Shown here in pieces: positions 1 through 11,550 of a DNA stretch of 64,000 nt. The translations under genes were made by a program, and so were the position numbers. The stretch is from Hemiscyllium ocellatum (Eukaryota). The notes under the pieces are model-generated. The model saw only the letters and a list, made by a program, of their open reading frames with translations, was not told the DNA's origin and did no database searches. The stretch covers positions 6,508,006 to 6,572,005 of the forward strand of contig NC_083448.1 of NCBI RefSeq assembly GCF_020745735.1. Reading direction: 5' to 3'. Each line of letters opens with the position of its first letter. Position 1 is the first letter of the stretch.

Positions 1-44
1 CTAGACAAGCATAATCATACAGAGCTACCCTGCACGATTCCCGA

Positions 45-275
45 TGTGACGGCCAGGAGAAAACTGCCACCTCGTCTTGCAGAAGGGACCCAGTGAATGG
101 TGCAGACACTGGAGTTCCTCCTCCCCCAACACCAGCAGCTGAGGCCACAACCCCAGACTATGTTAGTCTGGTCAAAGATTGCCACCTGGATCAGTGCAGC
201 CTCAGTCATATCGAGGAATGCTCAGCACTGCAGAAAGAGGGTCAATGCTCTTCTCCATTCTGCCAGCCTAAGTGT
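45..275 (+). mobile_element. Degenerate Myb/SANT-like DNA-binding ORF relic, probably from a PIF/Harbinger DNA transposon
   Basis: ORF 97-372 contains WSKIATWISAASVISRNAQHCRKRVNALLHSA, which fits the Harbinger Myb/SANT pattern W..IA..V.A.S...R...QC.KR.N.L. A decayed donor-like ctaagt follows at about 272 and an acceptor-like ctccag at 535-540. A possible GGGC-type terminal inverted repeat end (gatctagccc) lies at 1421-1430. No transposase was recognised. Confidence 0.45.
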
Positions 276-1790
276 CACCGTCATCCTTCTGAAGCCTTTC
301 ACTCACACTATTTCTGCTTCTGTGTCCACCTCCTGCCAAGGTTCGTGCTCTACCACTCCCATGACTGACTGAAACATCTTCCCTCACTTGCTGTCCCCCA
401 CCCCAACCTGAATCACCAATGGTACACACCCTCTCTGCTGGCTACTCATGCGCTTGGGATATCACCACATCTGCACCAGACGTTAACGGTTATGCCACCC
501 ACTATCATCTCCTTTAATACCTGTCTCTCCCTCACTCCAGGTCCCCAGTGAGGCAAAAGAATGGTCATGAATGGTCTTGGGTTGTCTGACATTGCTCATT
601 GTCCACATGTGGACAGCATTCTGATTCTGACTGTCTCAAGTATCTGGCAGTTATCAATTCCCTTTTACTGATAGCACAGTCTGATCTTGACTTACTTTGC
701 TGGGAACATCTGAGCAAACGTTATCCTTCAAATTAAAAGAGATCTACTGACAACCACCAGGAGCTTCCTCGCTTCATGTCTGCACTAAACAGCAGTACAA
801 GACGGAAGTTATAAGAGCCTGATACCTTTGACTGAGGGTCCAAAGCGCATAAAGGCAAGGAAAAGCAATGCAAGGCAGAATGCTGTGAGCATCTAGGTAG
901 GTTCAGTAATTGACTGCTGTGACAACAAATGGAGAGCCCAGAGATGCAGCCTGGTGCAGTCCACGAACTGGTTTCATGTCCTGAAGCGCAAAGCATCTTT
1001 GCAGCAATGTTTAAGGTGATAGCTGTTGTTGCAGCCCGTGGTGCAGTACTGAAATATAGAGGCATCCTATAAGTGGATCACAGATGTGTCATGAGGGCTC
1101 TTAGAAGCCAGCACATGTTGGGTGCCAATGTCTGTAGAAATGGAGTATGTGGGCTAAAGCTCAAGGAGCATGCATGGCATCTGATGTGGCGGTCCTTTGG
1201 AGCCAACAGCGAGCTGAAGGTTTGATGAGGTGTGACATCTCTCTGCCCAGGTTATTTGGTACATTTGCTAAGATCGGAAGCTGAAGATTAATGGTGTGAT
1301 TTGGACCATGACGAAGGCATTTAACAGGCTAAAATCCCCCTTAATTGGCAACTCACCGCTGCCCAGTGAGGAAGTCACCACACTGCTTCAAAAATCATAA
1401 AAGATGAAGTTCCCGATATTGATCTAGCCCTTGAGATATCTCTCATCTGATTCTGAGACAAATCTCACTCACAATGCTCAGATGCTGCTAAAATTCTGCC
1501 CAAGATACTTAAAAATCATATATCTGACATCACCTATGTTATAAAGTCTTGGGTTCACCCTCACCTTTATGCAAATTTTTCACATTGTGTTTACACTTTT
1601 TTCCCAATGCAAACCACCTCTGGGAAGTCTGAGTGAGCTTGGATACCACAGAAAGTTGTTTGGCTCTGCATGTTGTCTGAGTGATCCATTCACCAGATGC
1701 AATTCCACCGTACATTCTGTCCCAATATCAAATAAAGAATGTATTCATTTCCACCTGTTACTGGGGATCAGGTACACTTTAAACTATGTA

Positions 1791-2479
1791 AAAACAAGGA
1801 TTGCAGATGCTATAAACCAGAGTCTAGATTTGAGTGGTGCTGGAAAAACACAGCAGGTCAGGCAGCTTCCGAGGAGCAGGAAAATTGACATTTCGGGTTC
1901 AGAAAAGATTTACAAGGATGTTGCCAGGGTTGAAGAATTTGAGCTATAGGGAGAGGCTGTTTTCCCTGGAGCGTCGGAGGTTGAGGGGTGACCTTATAGA
2001 GGTTTACAAAATTATGAGGGGCATGGACAGGATAAATAGACAAAGTTTTTTCCCTGGGATCGGGGAGTCCAGAACGAGAGGGCATAGATTTAGGGTGAGA
2101 GGGGAAAGATATAAAAGATACCTAAGGGGCAACTTTTTCACGCAGAGGGTGGTATGTGTATGGAATGAGCTGCCAGAGGATGTGGTGGAGGCTGGTACAA
2201 TTGCAACATTTAAGAGGCATTTGGATTGGTACATGAATAGGAAGGGTTTGGAGGGAGATGGGCTGGGTGCTGGAAGGTGGGACTAGATTGGGTTGGGATA
2301 TCTGGTCGGCTGGACAGGTTGGACTGAAGGGTCTGTTTCCAAGCTGTACATCTCTATGACTCTATGAAAGCTCTTCATCAGGAATAGAGCCTATTCCTGA
2401 TGAAGGGCTTTTGTCCAAAACATTGATTTTCCTGCTCCTCGGATGCTGCCTGACCTGCTGTGCTTTTCCACCACTACAA
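1791..2479. mobile_element. Fold-back Penelope-pLTR-derived hammerhead element interrupted by a CR1 3' fragment
   Basis: The left arm (1791-1897) is the reverse complement of the right arm (2392-2479). The hairpin centre is ttcatcaggaat-agagcct-attcctgatgaa. The CTGATGA core is at 2397-2403 but GAAA has decayed to AAAA. Imperfect TSD: tttaaactatgta (1778-1790) and tttaaactacatgta (2480-2494). Confidence 0.75.
1895..2367 (+). mobile_element. CR1 LINE 3' fragment (RT C-terminus, 3' UTR, tandem tail)
   Basis: Translates to RVQKRFTRMLPGLKNLSYRERLFSLERRRLRGDLIEVYKIMRG...FFTQRVVCVWNELPEDVVEAGTIATFKRHLD, a typical CR1 ORF2 C-terminus. It ends in a ctctatga-ctctatga tail. Confidence 0.92.
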
Positions 2480-3503
2480 TTTAAACTACATGTACACACA
2501 CACACGAGTGCAGAGTGTTACGTTGAGCTAAAAATGCAAACTGAATGTCATGTAATTGGAAATTAGAAACTCCAAGTGGATATATTCCCAGCTGTGCGGT
2601 TGCACAATCAAATGGTCCTTTCCTTTTGTTAAGTGCAGCAAATTTGAGAATAAAGAATGTACAGGTCTTGCCAATACTGTATATCAATGCACACAGGATT
2701 AGACATTGAATTATTGCATCTGTCTGCCAGGGAAGGTACAAAGCACAACTTCCTCAGAAGGAGGGAGACAAAATCTAGAATCTCTGTTAAGTTGGAAAAC
2801 TTGGAGCAAAGAAACTCTGAGGAATTTAAACATTTGGGAAGCAGTGATTTAGAAGGAGGAAAAAGTGCATAGCATGAGTTATTTGTTGTGCGAGAGAATT
2901 AAAAAGGAAACTGAGGAAAATAATAATCATAGCAACTATCTGCTACGTTAGAAGGCACACTGTGAAGAAGGCCTTTTTACTGGGAAAGTGTGTGTTGAAA
3001 AAAAGGAAATGAACACTGCTGTGTGAAAAATATTCTTTGCTGGTTCAACATATAGAGGACCTGTCTACAAATTGTTGTGAGTGAACACTTGCAATAACTG
3101 AGTACAATTCATGCAGCCAATCGGGTTCTTCATCCAACAGGAAATTAGCTGTCTCCTCTTGTGAAGTCAAATTCTGTATAAAGTTAAGAACCTTTAACTC
3201 AACTCACATTTCATCAGAAGTACACCTTTGAAAAGTACCTTTAATCTTAACTGCTTTCCCCTCACCCTCGACTAGCCTAAGGCACTGCTTTTATACAGCT
3301 GCATCCTGCGTAAATCTACACCTACCACTGTTAAGTGTCACACAATAAAGTTTGTTTTAATAGCTTTCCTATTTTGTGAACACAATTCATGGTGGAATAA
3401 TGAAATTGTTTGGGAAGATTTATCCCTCGGGAAGGTGTGGGGTTGAGTGGTAGGGCATTCATTGGCAATTTCTGACAGATAGTTTTTGTTCTCTCTCTTT
3501 TAG

Positions 3504-3671
3504 ATGTATGCACACGAACGGAAGGGCAGACTGCAGAAAAGCCATCTGAGGCTTCACAATCTCAGAAAACAAAGGGTGGCAAAAAGGCAAAGAAATCCAA
3601 GACTCAAAAAATAAAGGAGACTCGACGGAAGAATCAAAAAGAAAAGCTCGACAAACCACAAATGAGGAAAG
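3504..3671 (+). CDS. DKK4: Dickkopf-4, penultimate coding exon (end of CRD1 plus inter-domain linker)
   Basis: Polypyrimidine tract and AG end at 3503; GTAATA donor at 3672. The exon is 168 nt, phase 1-1 and open: (D)VCTRTEGQTAEKPSEASQSQKTKGGKKAKKSKTQKIKETRRKNQKEKLDKPQMRK(G). The junctions D|VCT and RKG|xEGExC match the DKK4 exon layout, and the exon splices in frame to 11297. Confidence 0.88.
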
Positions 3672-4870
3672 GTAATAGATGTGACCAGCTAAGGCTACCG
3701 ACTTTTAATTTTAATCATTTTGGTGTTGTTTGAGTTTTATTGCACTTCACCTGAGAAACCTGGAGGCCAAGTAATCATACTACATTGCAACTCATTACAA
3801 ACAAATAACTGAACACAATCAGTGGCCACAGCCGGGACTGCTTTAACCCTGCACAAGGTAACAAGGTTTATCTCCAATGGAGTATAAGTGATTTGATATA
3901 AACATTCATTGCTTGGAGTCAGGTTGGTGAGAAAATATTGGATTTAAAAAGAAATTTTGGTTCTGCATTAAAAATTGTTGACTGTACCCCTTTAATACTT
4001 TGATGTTCAGAGTCTAACTGCATAACTGACTGGATTTAGCCCCGTCAACCTTTTCCATGGTATACTGAATCATAGTTGATCTGACACCCAAATCCATTCC
4101 ATTTCCAAAAGTTGCACTCTCATACATCCACATTTGCTACACATGAAGGTCAAATTGGTGAGGCTGGTTATCTTTCTCACTTGACCTTTTGTCATGACAG
4201 TGATGATTCGTTTCAGTCCTTTTGAAATTGTATGGATAGAAAGCTTCCCAGAACGCTGAGCTCAGATCAATGAAAAGGAGAAGGGTGAGCTGATTTCCTA
4301 AAGCCAATGTGAAGCAAGTTTAACCACGAACAGAAATGCTGTTCCACGAATACAGGAAATATTACTTATAGCTTGCTTTACTTCTCGCTACCTTAAGTTT
4401 GCGGATAGCTTCTTTGGAGCTTTAAGCAGAAAAAAATTGGTTGGACTTATCTTCAAGTTGTATTCAGGCTCAGTATGATATGATTCCAACTATTGGCTGA
4501 TAAACTGTGATTACTGTCATTTTTCCATCAAAATTCTCATGATCAATTGCAACATCAAAACAAAAGCTTTTAAAACATTTAACATTTGTAATTGAAGATC
4601 AGGGAATATTAAATGCTATTTTTTATAAACCAGACGAGTTTCCACACAGAAGGATCTGCACTGACTACCAATGAACTGTTTATTTGTAATCTTAAAGGCA
4701 CTTTTACACACAGACTTTTAGCTGGGATTCCAGGAAGTTCAGTTAAATCTCATTTCTGACTCTGACAGAATATTTGTGTCCCCCCCTCTATGCTCAGTAG
4801 TTTTGCTTATGAAATGAACAATTCAACAAGTAATTTGAAAAATGTTCCTGCAAAACACATTACATAAAAA

Positions 4871-5180
4871 TGTGGGCAGCATGGTGGCACAGTGGTTAGT
4901 ACTGCTGCCTCACAGCGCCAGAGACCCGGGTTCAATTCCCGACTCAGGCGACTGTCTGTGTGGAGTTTGCACGTTCTCCCCATGTCTGCATGGGTTTCCT
5001 CCGGGTGCTCCGGTTTCCTCCCACAGTCCAAAGATGTGCAGGTCAGGCGAATTGGCCATGCTAAATTGCCTGTAGTGTTAGGTAAAGGGGAAAATGTAGG
5101 GAAATGGGTGGGTTGCGCTTCGGTGGGTCGATGTGGACTTGTTGGGCCGAAGGGCCTGTTTCCACACTGTAAGTAATCTA
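4871..5180 (+). mobile_element. HE1-like tRNA-derived V-SINE, full length
   Basis: Has an A box (tggcacagtgg), a B box (ggttcaattcc), the V-domain gtttcctccgggtgctccggtttcctcccacagtccaaagatgtgcagg, and a CR1-like 3' tail (gggccgaagggcctgtttccacactgtaagtaatct). Confidence 0.9.
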
Positions 5181-5372
5181 AAAAATATAGTCAAGGAAGT
5201 AACTCTAAAATGCTTTTCAGTCTTGACAGTACTTTTGGATTCATAATGAAGTGTAAGATACATTTTGTGTGTCATGTGGAGAAAAATAGCAAAAAGAAAA
5301 GAATTGTTTGCAGCAAGGCCTCAAAATCAACAAGATAGTACACCAGCAAATTTACTTTAGTACTGACAGTAG

Positions 5373-5632
5373 TGGGGTAAATTTTGCCCAGCCACCAAGA
5401 CAGCACCCCCTGCTTTCCTATAAATAGTGCCATATGGGATTCCGAGTTTCTATCTTTTAAGGGCAAACTAGGCCATCGTTTCTCTTTCGCAAGAAATCAC
5501 CTCCCGTAGTGTGACACACTTTTGGTGCATTTCTAAAGTATCAGCTGAAGTTATGTGCTCACGTTTTTAAAGAGTGGAGCTTGAAGGCACAACGTTTTGA
5601 CACAGGCAAGGATGATACCACTAAACTGAGAC
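5373..5632 (-). mobile_element. Degenerate Deu-domain SINE (SacSINE1/AmnSINE1-like) in the DKK4 intron
   Basis: The minus strand has a tRNA-like head (ctcagtttagtggtatc...gttgtgccttcaagctccact), then tgagcacataa and atcccatatggcactattt...agcagggggtgctgtcttggtggctgggcaaaattta, resembling the Deu-domain core as I recall it. Not aligned to a consensus. Confidence 0.55.
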
Positions 5633-8600
5633 TTACACCTGAATTGTACCGCAGCTTTGCACTGAGTGATCTCCCTCTGGTTTTCTGCAAATATAGTACT
5701 TAATGGCAATGAGCTTTTAATTACTTACCATCTGGCTTGTATCAGAGCCCGACCAAATTGTTTTTACAACTCTGAAAAGCAAATACTCTTCAGCTCCTTC
5801 ATTGCAAAAGACATCATTTGGTTTCAATCCTGTGGCAATTATCAGTGCCAAGAAATATAATTGGTTTATTGGGTTTTACACATCCCAACTTAATAGCTCA
5901 CAGGGTGAGCAGATTTAAGTACTATGCTTGAGGTCTCAGTTATCATTGCTACCTGCAGTGAAAAATTCTGTGAAATATTTGTGGACCTTGCCAGACAAGT
6001 CTGTTAAAGAGTAAGATAAAACTGCTATCATAAGAGTGGGAAGCTCAAAGAGTTTGCATTCTGGGTCAGGGTACAAATTTCAAACAAGAAATGGCTGCTT
6101 TGGGGAACTGAAGTATATATCCTTCAGATCAGAGAATGGAAAGGTAGGTATGTTAGAATAGTGGCTATGACTGAGGAGACAAATCAGTCTTTAAGATGTA
6201 GCAAAATTATAAAAATATAAAATCTATTATTTTACCAGACTAAATGAAACAGAGGAAATGTCTTCCTTCCTAATATAAGGAGGAAGGAAAAGTGTGGATC
6301 TGGAGGTAATGCAGATTATTCTGGGAATAGATCATCAAGTACTAGAGAACTACACAGGCTAGTGTAGCGAGTGATATCCTGAGTTTCTTATTCCTTACAA
6401 ATGGAACAGAGTTGTTTCTCTGGTAAGAAGGCAGCAATAAATAGCAATTCATTATAGATTCCTCTTCTATTCCTCAACAAAGATCTGTCAGCAAGGGAAT
6501 TCCTCCGATAAGGCAAGGAGATTAATATCGATTAAGTGACTTGGTGAGGAGTTAGGAAAAACAAAATGTTTCAGATGAGGATGCCAGCAGTGAACTGGAT
6601 TGTCTTAACTGTGATGCAGTTGAATAGTCTGTCAACATAAACTTTCGAGGTCACATATGAAGAATGACGACCTGGATGAACAATAGTGGTACAGAGACTG
6701 TGGGATTGTCCACTCGCAGGTGTTAGCACCTGCAAGAGAGGAACTTGGGAAACTTAAAATAAACACCAAGTTTCAAGATTGGAAATTAGTTGAACAATTG
6801 CACGACAAAAATTAAATGGCATAGTTGCTCTCCCACCACTGCATCTCAAATAAATTTAATACAGAAGCAAAGGACTTCTCCAGCATTTTGTGGTGAGCAA
6901 CCAGCCCAAGCCACAAGGTTATAAATAAGTCTTGTGAATTAATGCCACGAGTTCGTAATTCATTAAACATGTGGAACGTTTGCTTTGGGGTGCAATAAAT
7001 TTTCTGAATGTTTTGCCATGTGTTAAATTGTAGGGCTTGAAATCAGACATATTATTAATGTAACCATCACTGCACTGAGGAGTCATTACCCTCTATAAGG
7101 TAATTAGATGAAACATGTGTGAATAATCCTCAAACTATGTGCCAGGCCCTCTACACACAGTTATGGAGAGGAACCAACTTGTTATATTTACTTTCCAGTT
7201 CCAACTATGATCACAATATTGAAGTCTGCTTTTGTGACAAAGGGCAGTGCGAGGGAGAAGGCGTCCTCTCACTATTTAATTTCTTTGCTTCACCAGATTT
7301 GGAGAGAATTAATTCACTGGGAAATTATCAAATATCTTACAGCTTAGGGCATAAGCTTTTGCTTGGTTCGCAATTGTTCACCCAAAAACTTTTCCCAATA
7401 GAGAATATTTTTACAGGTTAGTTGCATCAAAATTTTTATATTGGCCTTGGTACAGATAAATAAACATTGAAGTTTATTGATTATTTCTCAGAAATATAAA
7501 ATTTCAATCAAGATAATTAACACCCAATGAATGAGCATTAGAGTTCTGACACCTTTTGATTAATATTTGCTATTTAAATGGCCAAGCGTTTTATTATCAA
7601 GCTTCTCAACCAGAAGGTTCATTAAACACTGAGAATCTGAGAAGCTGTGAAACAACAACTGATCTATGTAACTAAAAGTACATCAGTTTGCTCATAACTT
7701 TTGTTCAAACATGTTTTCAAAAGATCTCAAAATATGTTCAAGAAACAAGCCAAGCCTAGGATGACAAAAGCTGATTGACAGCGATACCGGAGGTCACTGA
7801 ACAGGAACGTCAACGATTTGCCTCATAGCTTTGTTGCCAGTAGCCTCGGACTTAGGATTTAAGTTCAGTTGCTTGAACCAGGTTGTCAGTCAGCAAAAAG
7901 TTTGCACTACTCTGATTTAATGGCAGCTTTTTGACATCCAAAAAATTAGCAACTATTTTCAGGGAGTTAGTTATGTTGAAAGATAACTTGGCGATTTGCC
8001 TTCAGAATTAACAAATGAAAAACGGAGGCATGTTGGCATACTACTGTGAATACACAATGTTGATTTCGGTCCTATCCATTTACATTTCCTCTGTTAAGTA
8101 AATCATCTGCTACTTTATGACCCACAACTCAATCTGGTTGATTTAACATCAAAGATGTAATCTCCCTTTTGGTGATGAGGGTAATGATGTGGTGGCACAT
8201 GATACACCAGTTTAGTGAAAAGTATCAAGAATATGAGGATTAATCCCTTAGTCTTAATATTGGATCTCTACATATTGGGAGGTAAAAGCGTGATGTAGGT
8301 CTGGAGTCAATGACAAACCTGACTAACACCTTGCTAAACATTTTACCAAAAGTGGGAATGTTCCCACTTGACTGTTTCTAATCATTCTTTTGCCCAAAAA
8401 GAAAGCTTTCCAGTCCACTCTTCACCAAAGCTGAGTTTCTCCCCTTACTTTGTGAAGACACAAGGCAGAAGTGCAAGGGGAAAACAATTCGCAATCTACT
8501 GTCACTTATTTCTCTTGGGTTTCCTCTGATCTCCTACTCAAGTTACAATGGAAGATCACTCGAGCCTGAAGAATCTGTATTCCACTGTCTTTTATCAATG

Positions 8601-9059
8601 TCCTGTTTCATGAGCAACAGTTAATAAACTGGTATACATTCACACACCATTTGTGAGAGTGGAATATCAGCACAGTGGAGCCCTGCAGGACACACCACAG
8701 CTGAGTCTGATTCTGTTCTCACTCAATGCTGGATCACAATCTTCTTGATAGTTACCTTAATTGCCCCAATTGTAATCCAAGTGGGATTTAACCAACTCAA
8801 CACAGACAGAACCAATAATTCTTTGGAGAAAATTTAGAATGGTTTAGATTTAAATTGCGTAGAATGAAAAATGAACAAAAGTGGTTTCATTTCCACAGTG
8901 AGACACCATGGAAAACTTTGGCCTTACATAAAAGCCGAGTTGTATCGTTGCTGTGTGTCCAAGTGTATTGGGTACATTCTGGTTTGATTGACTAATAATT
9001 AGAATAGAATTACCCTTAGTTTGCATTTGTTAATGTATTTCTTCTTGGTTGGAACAAAT

Positions 9060-9500
9060 CATGAAATTCAGGAACCTGAAGGGTAGGCTTGAACGATATA
9101 CAACACACTTGAAGGAAGAAGGTAAAAGCTAGATTTCTTTCTTTGATCAAAGGAATCTGAGGAGACAATGAATAAGGTGTACAAAAAAATGAGAGACATA
9201 GATAGAATGGATAGAAAGGACTGATTAGATGTGGCAGAGAGGTCAACAACTTGGGGGACATAGACGGAAAATAATCGATACAAGAAAGGAGATCAGTCAA
9301 CATTGAGGAACTCATTGATTCAAAGTGTAGTAAAGGCAGAAACTCCCACTACATTTAAATATGTTTACTTAAAGACCCATGACTTATGGGATGACCCGCC
9401 AAATGCATGAAGATAGGGTTGGTTGGGACTCTCAGCTGACTGGCTTGGACATGATGATCTGACCTGCCTCTTCTTGCATCATGAATGTCCTATTACTCCT
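9060..9500 (+). mobile_element. Old CR1 3' fragment
   Basis: Decayed RT C-terminal segment (gaggagacaatgaataaggtgtacaaaaaaatgagagacatagatagaatggatag...) similar to the 1895-2367 copy. Confidence 0.55.
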
Positions 9501-11296
9501 ATAAAAGTAATTATTTCAAGAATGTCTAAACCAATTTCACTGCCATGAGGCTATTAAGTCTCATATCTTGCAATACTGTCAATAAAGTGATGAAACGCAA
9601 ACATTACAGGATAGTAATCCTATATTAGGATAGTCTCCACAGCATATTCCCTGCTTAATAGAGATATTGTATCACTCAATTTGTTTTATATAACACCTTT
9701 AACAATATCATATGTGCCATAGATCTTAACAGGAAATTATCAGAGAAAAATTGAGTCAGAAAGGGAGATATTGGGACAAATGAACGAAGCAGGTGTAAGG
9801 GAGCTTCTGACATGAAGAGAGTAGTGTTCAGCCAAACTACTGGGTAAAAGAGTGGAGAGAACTCCACTTTGACCCCCGTGAGCAATCAAACTCAGCCTGA
9901 CTATCGTTACCTTGGTTAACATTACAAATTGCAGTTGTTCAAATTTAAATAAAATGCTGGAAAAGGACACATACGATCTTCAACAGCACACCACTCTAAA
10001 AATAAATTCCAGAGCAAACCTCAGCCATCTATTCAAGAGAAAATGGTGCAGGTATGAAAGGGTGCATTTCTGATATCAAGGAAAATATTTGCTTCGATGT
10101 TATTCTTTTTTATAAGGGTCTGTCAAGTCTTTGAGATAATCTTCGAAACTCAAGAACAATTTCCAATTTCTGCTAATAGGGCACTGTCCAGCTGCATCCA
10201 ACAGCTTACATTTTTGTGTTGCTCCAATTGCACCGTGTTTCAGTAAACGTTTTCTGGCCACTGCAACTTCAAAAATCAAATTAACCTGATGCTAATGGAG
10301 GTTTACCCTGACAGCTACTTCTTTGAATCGATCAATAAAAGTCAATGCTGAATGAGTGCCATCTAGTACTTTGATCACAGTCAAGGTTAAATATAGTTTT
10401 GCTCTTTGAGCAAAATATAAATACCAACACAGATATGATGAGAGAGTCCTTACCTTTATGTCCTGCAATGAATATTTAATTGTGGAGCCTTGCTTTTCAC
10501 TTGACTATTAGTATTTACCTTGCTGTAGAATGTTGCAAGTATTTTTGAAACACCAGCTCTTGGATGACCTAACTACACGATAAGAATTCCTCTGTGACGC
10601 TGTGAATGAGTTTATGAAGATTTCTGCTCCTGGGTAGTTGCTAGCATGTTCATGAAGCATTTATTTCCAATTTCACTAGAATACACAACAGGAAAGGCTG
10701 AAAATGCCAGAGGTGTCAACATAGGGTAAACATTTGGAATGAAATTTATATAACAGTGACAACAATTGTAAACTGTTAAAAACTAATGAAGGCTTACTTA
10801 TGACATGCATTTTAAAAAACAAAATGAGTCTGTCTCAATTCCAAATGGGTGCTTTGCATCATAATCTTGAAGCGTACACACAGTCAAGTTTGGGATATAT
10901 ATATTATTATGTGTGTGTGTGTGTAAAAATTAAGCAGAACCTAAAACCTTTTCTTTAAAAAAAGAATAACATTGAAGCAAATTTTTTCCTTAATATCAGA
11001 AATTCACACTCAAACTGTAGAAAAATAAAGGTGATTTAATTTGGTATCAGAAGACATCAGGAATTGTGAACTATTGGGACAATCGGTTGAGAGGCTTTCA
11101 AGATGTCCTGGGTATTATTCAAAAGAGAGTTTCAATCTAAACGTCAAAATGAGATGACAACTTCGGTGGCTCAATGAATATTCGGAGAAAAAATGCAGTG
11201 ACCAAACAAATGAAAATTTCTTGTATGCAGAAGAGTGGTGTAAATATTTAATAACTGACCTGAGAACAAATAAATATTACTTTCTCTGTGTTGCAG

Positions 11297-11550
11297 GTTT
11301 AGAAGGAGAGACATGCTTACGAACATCAGATTGTTCTGATGGCCTATGCTGCGCTCGTCACTTCTGGTCGAAGATTTGTCGGCCTGTACTAAAAGAGGGG
11401 GAAGTCTGCTCAAAACGTGGTCGCAAGGAAGGCCCACAAGGACCAGAGATCTTCCAACGATGCGACTGTGGCCCAGGTTTAGCTTGTCGCAATCAAAACC
11501 AAGGCACATCTCAACCTAACTCCCGACTACGAGTCTGTCAACGTGTCTAG
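11297..11550 (+). CDS. DKK4: Dickkopf-4, terminal exon: complete C-terminal cysteine-rich (colipase-fold) domain
   Basis: Acceptor tttctctgtgttgcag ends at 11296. Translation: (G)[83 protein letters not shown]. All 10 CRD2 cysteines and the ARHFW LRP5/6-binding motif are present. The GPGL-C...RLRVCQ pattern and adjacency to POLB favour DKK4 over DKK1/DKK2. Confidence 0.9.

Noticed and set aside
93-368. Cys-containing ORF upstream of DKK4 exon 3 as a candidate CRD1 exon
   Set aside because: The cysteine spacing does not match the Dickkopf N-terminal domain (no C..D.DC or RRC.R..MCCPG..C.N pattern). It is an alternate frame of the Myb/SANT relic.
4871-5180. tRNA genes suggested by A/B boxes here and in other copies
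   Set aside because: The boxes belong to tRNA-derived SINE heads followed by V-domain and LINE-like tails; there is no complete cloverleaf.
6495-9152. Isolated TF motifs in the DKK4 intron (kB-like GGGAATTCCT at 6495, Pbx-Meis TGATTGACAG at 7772, TCF palindrome ctttgatcaaag at 9141)
   Set aside because: These are single short motifs expected by chance in 64 kb, and the TCF site lies inside an old CR1. No conservation or chromatin evidence is available.
10907-10924. Short (TG)n tract; also (AC)n near 2495 and a 29-bp tandem duplication at 53221-53278
   Set aside because: These are ordinary microsatellite or slippage products with no further structure.
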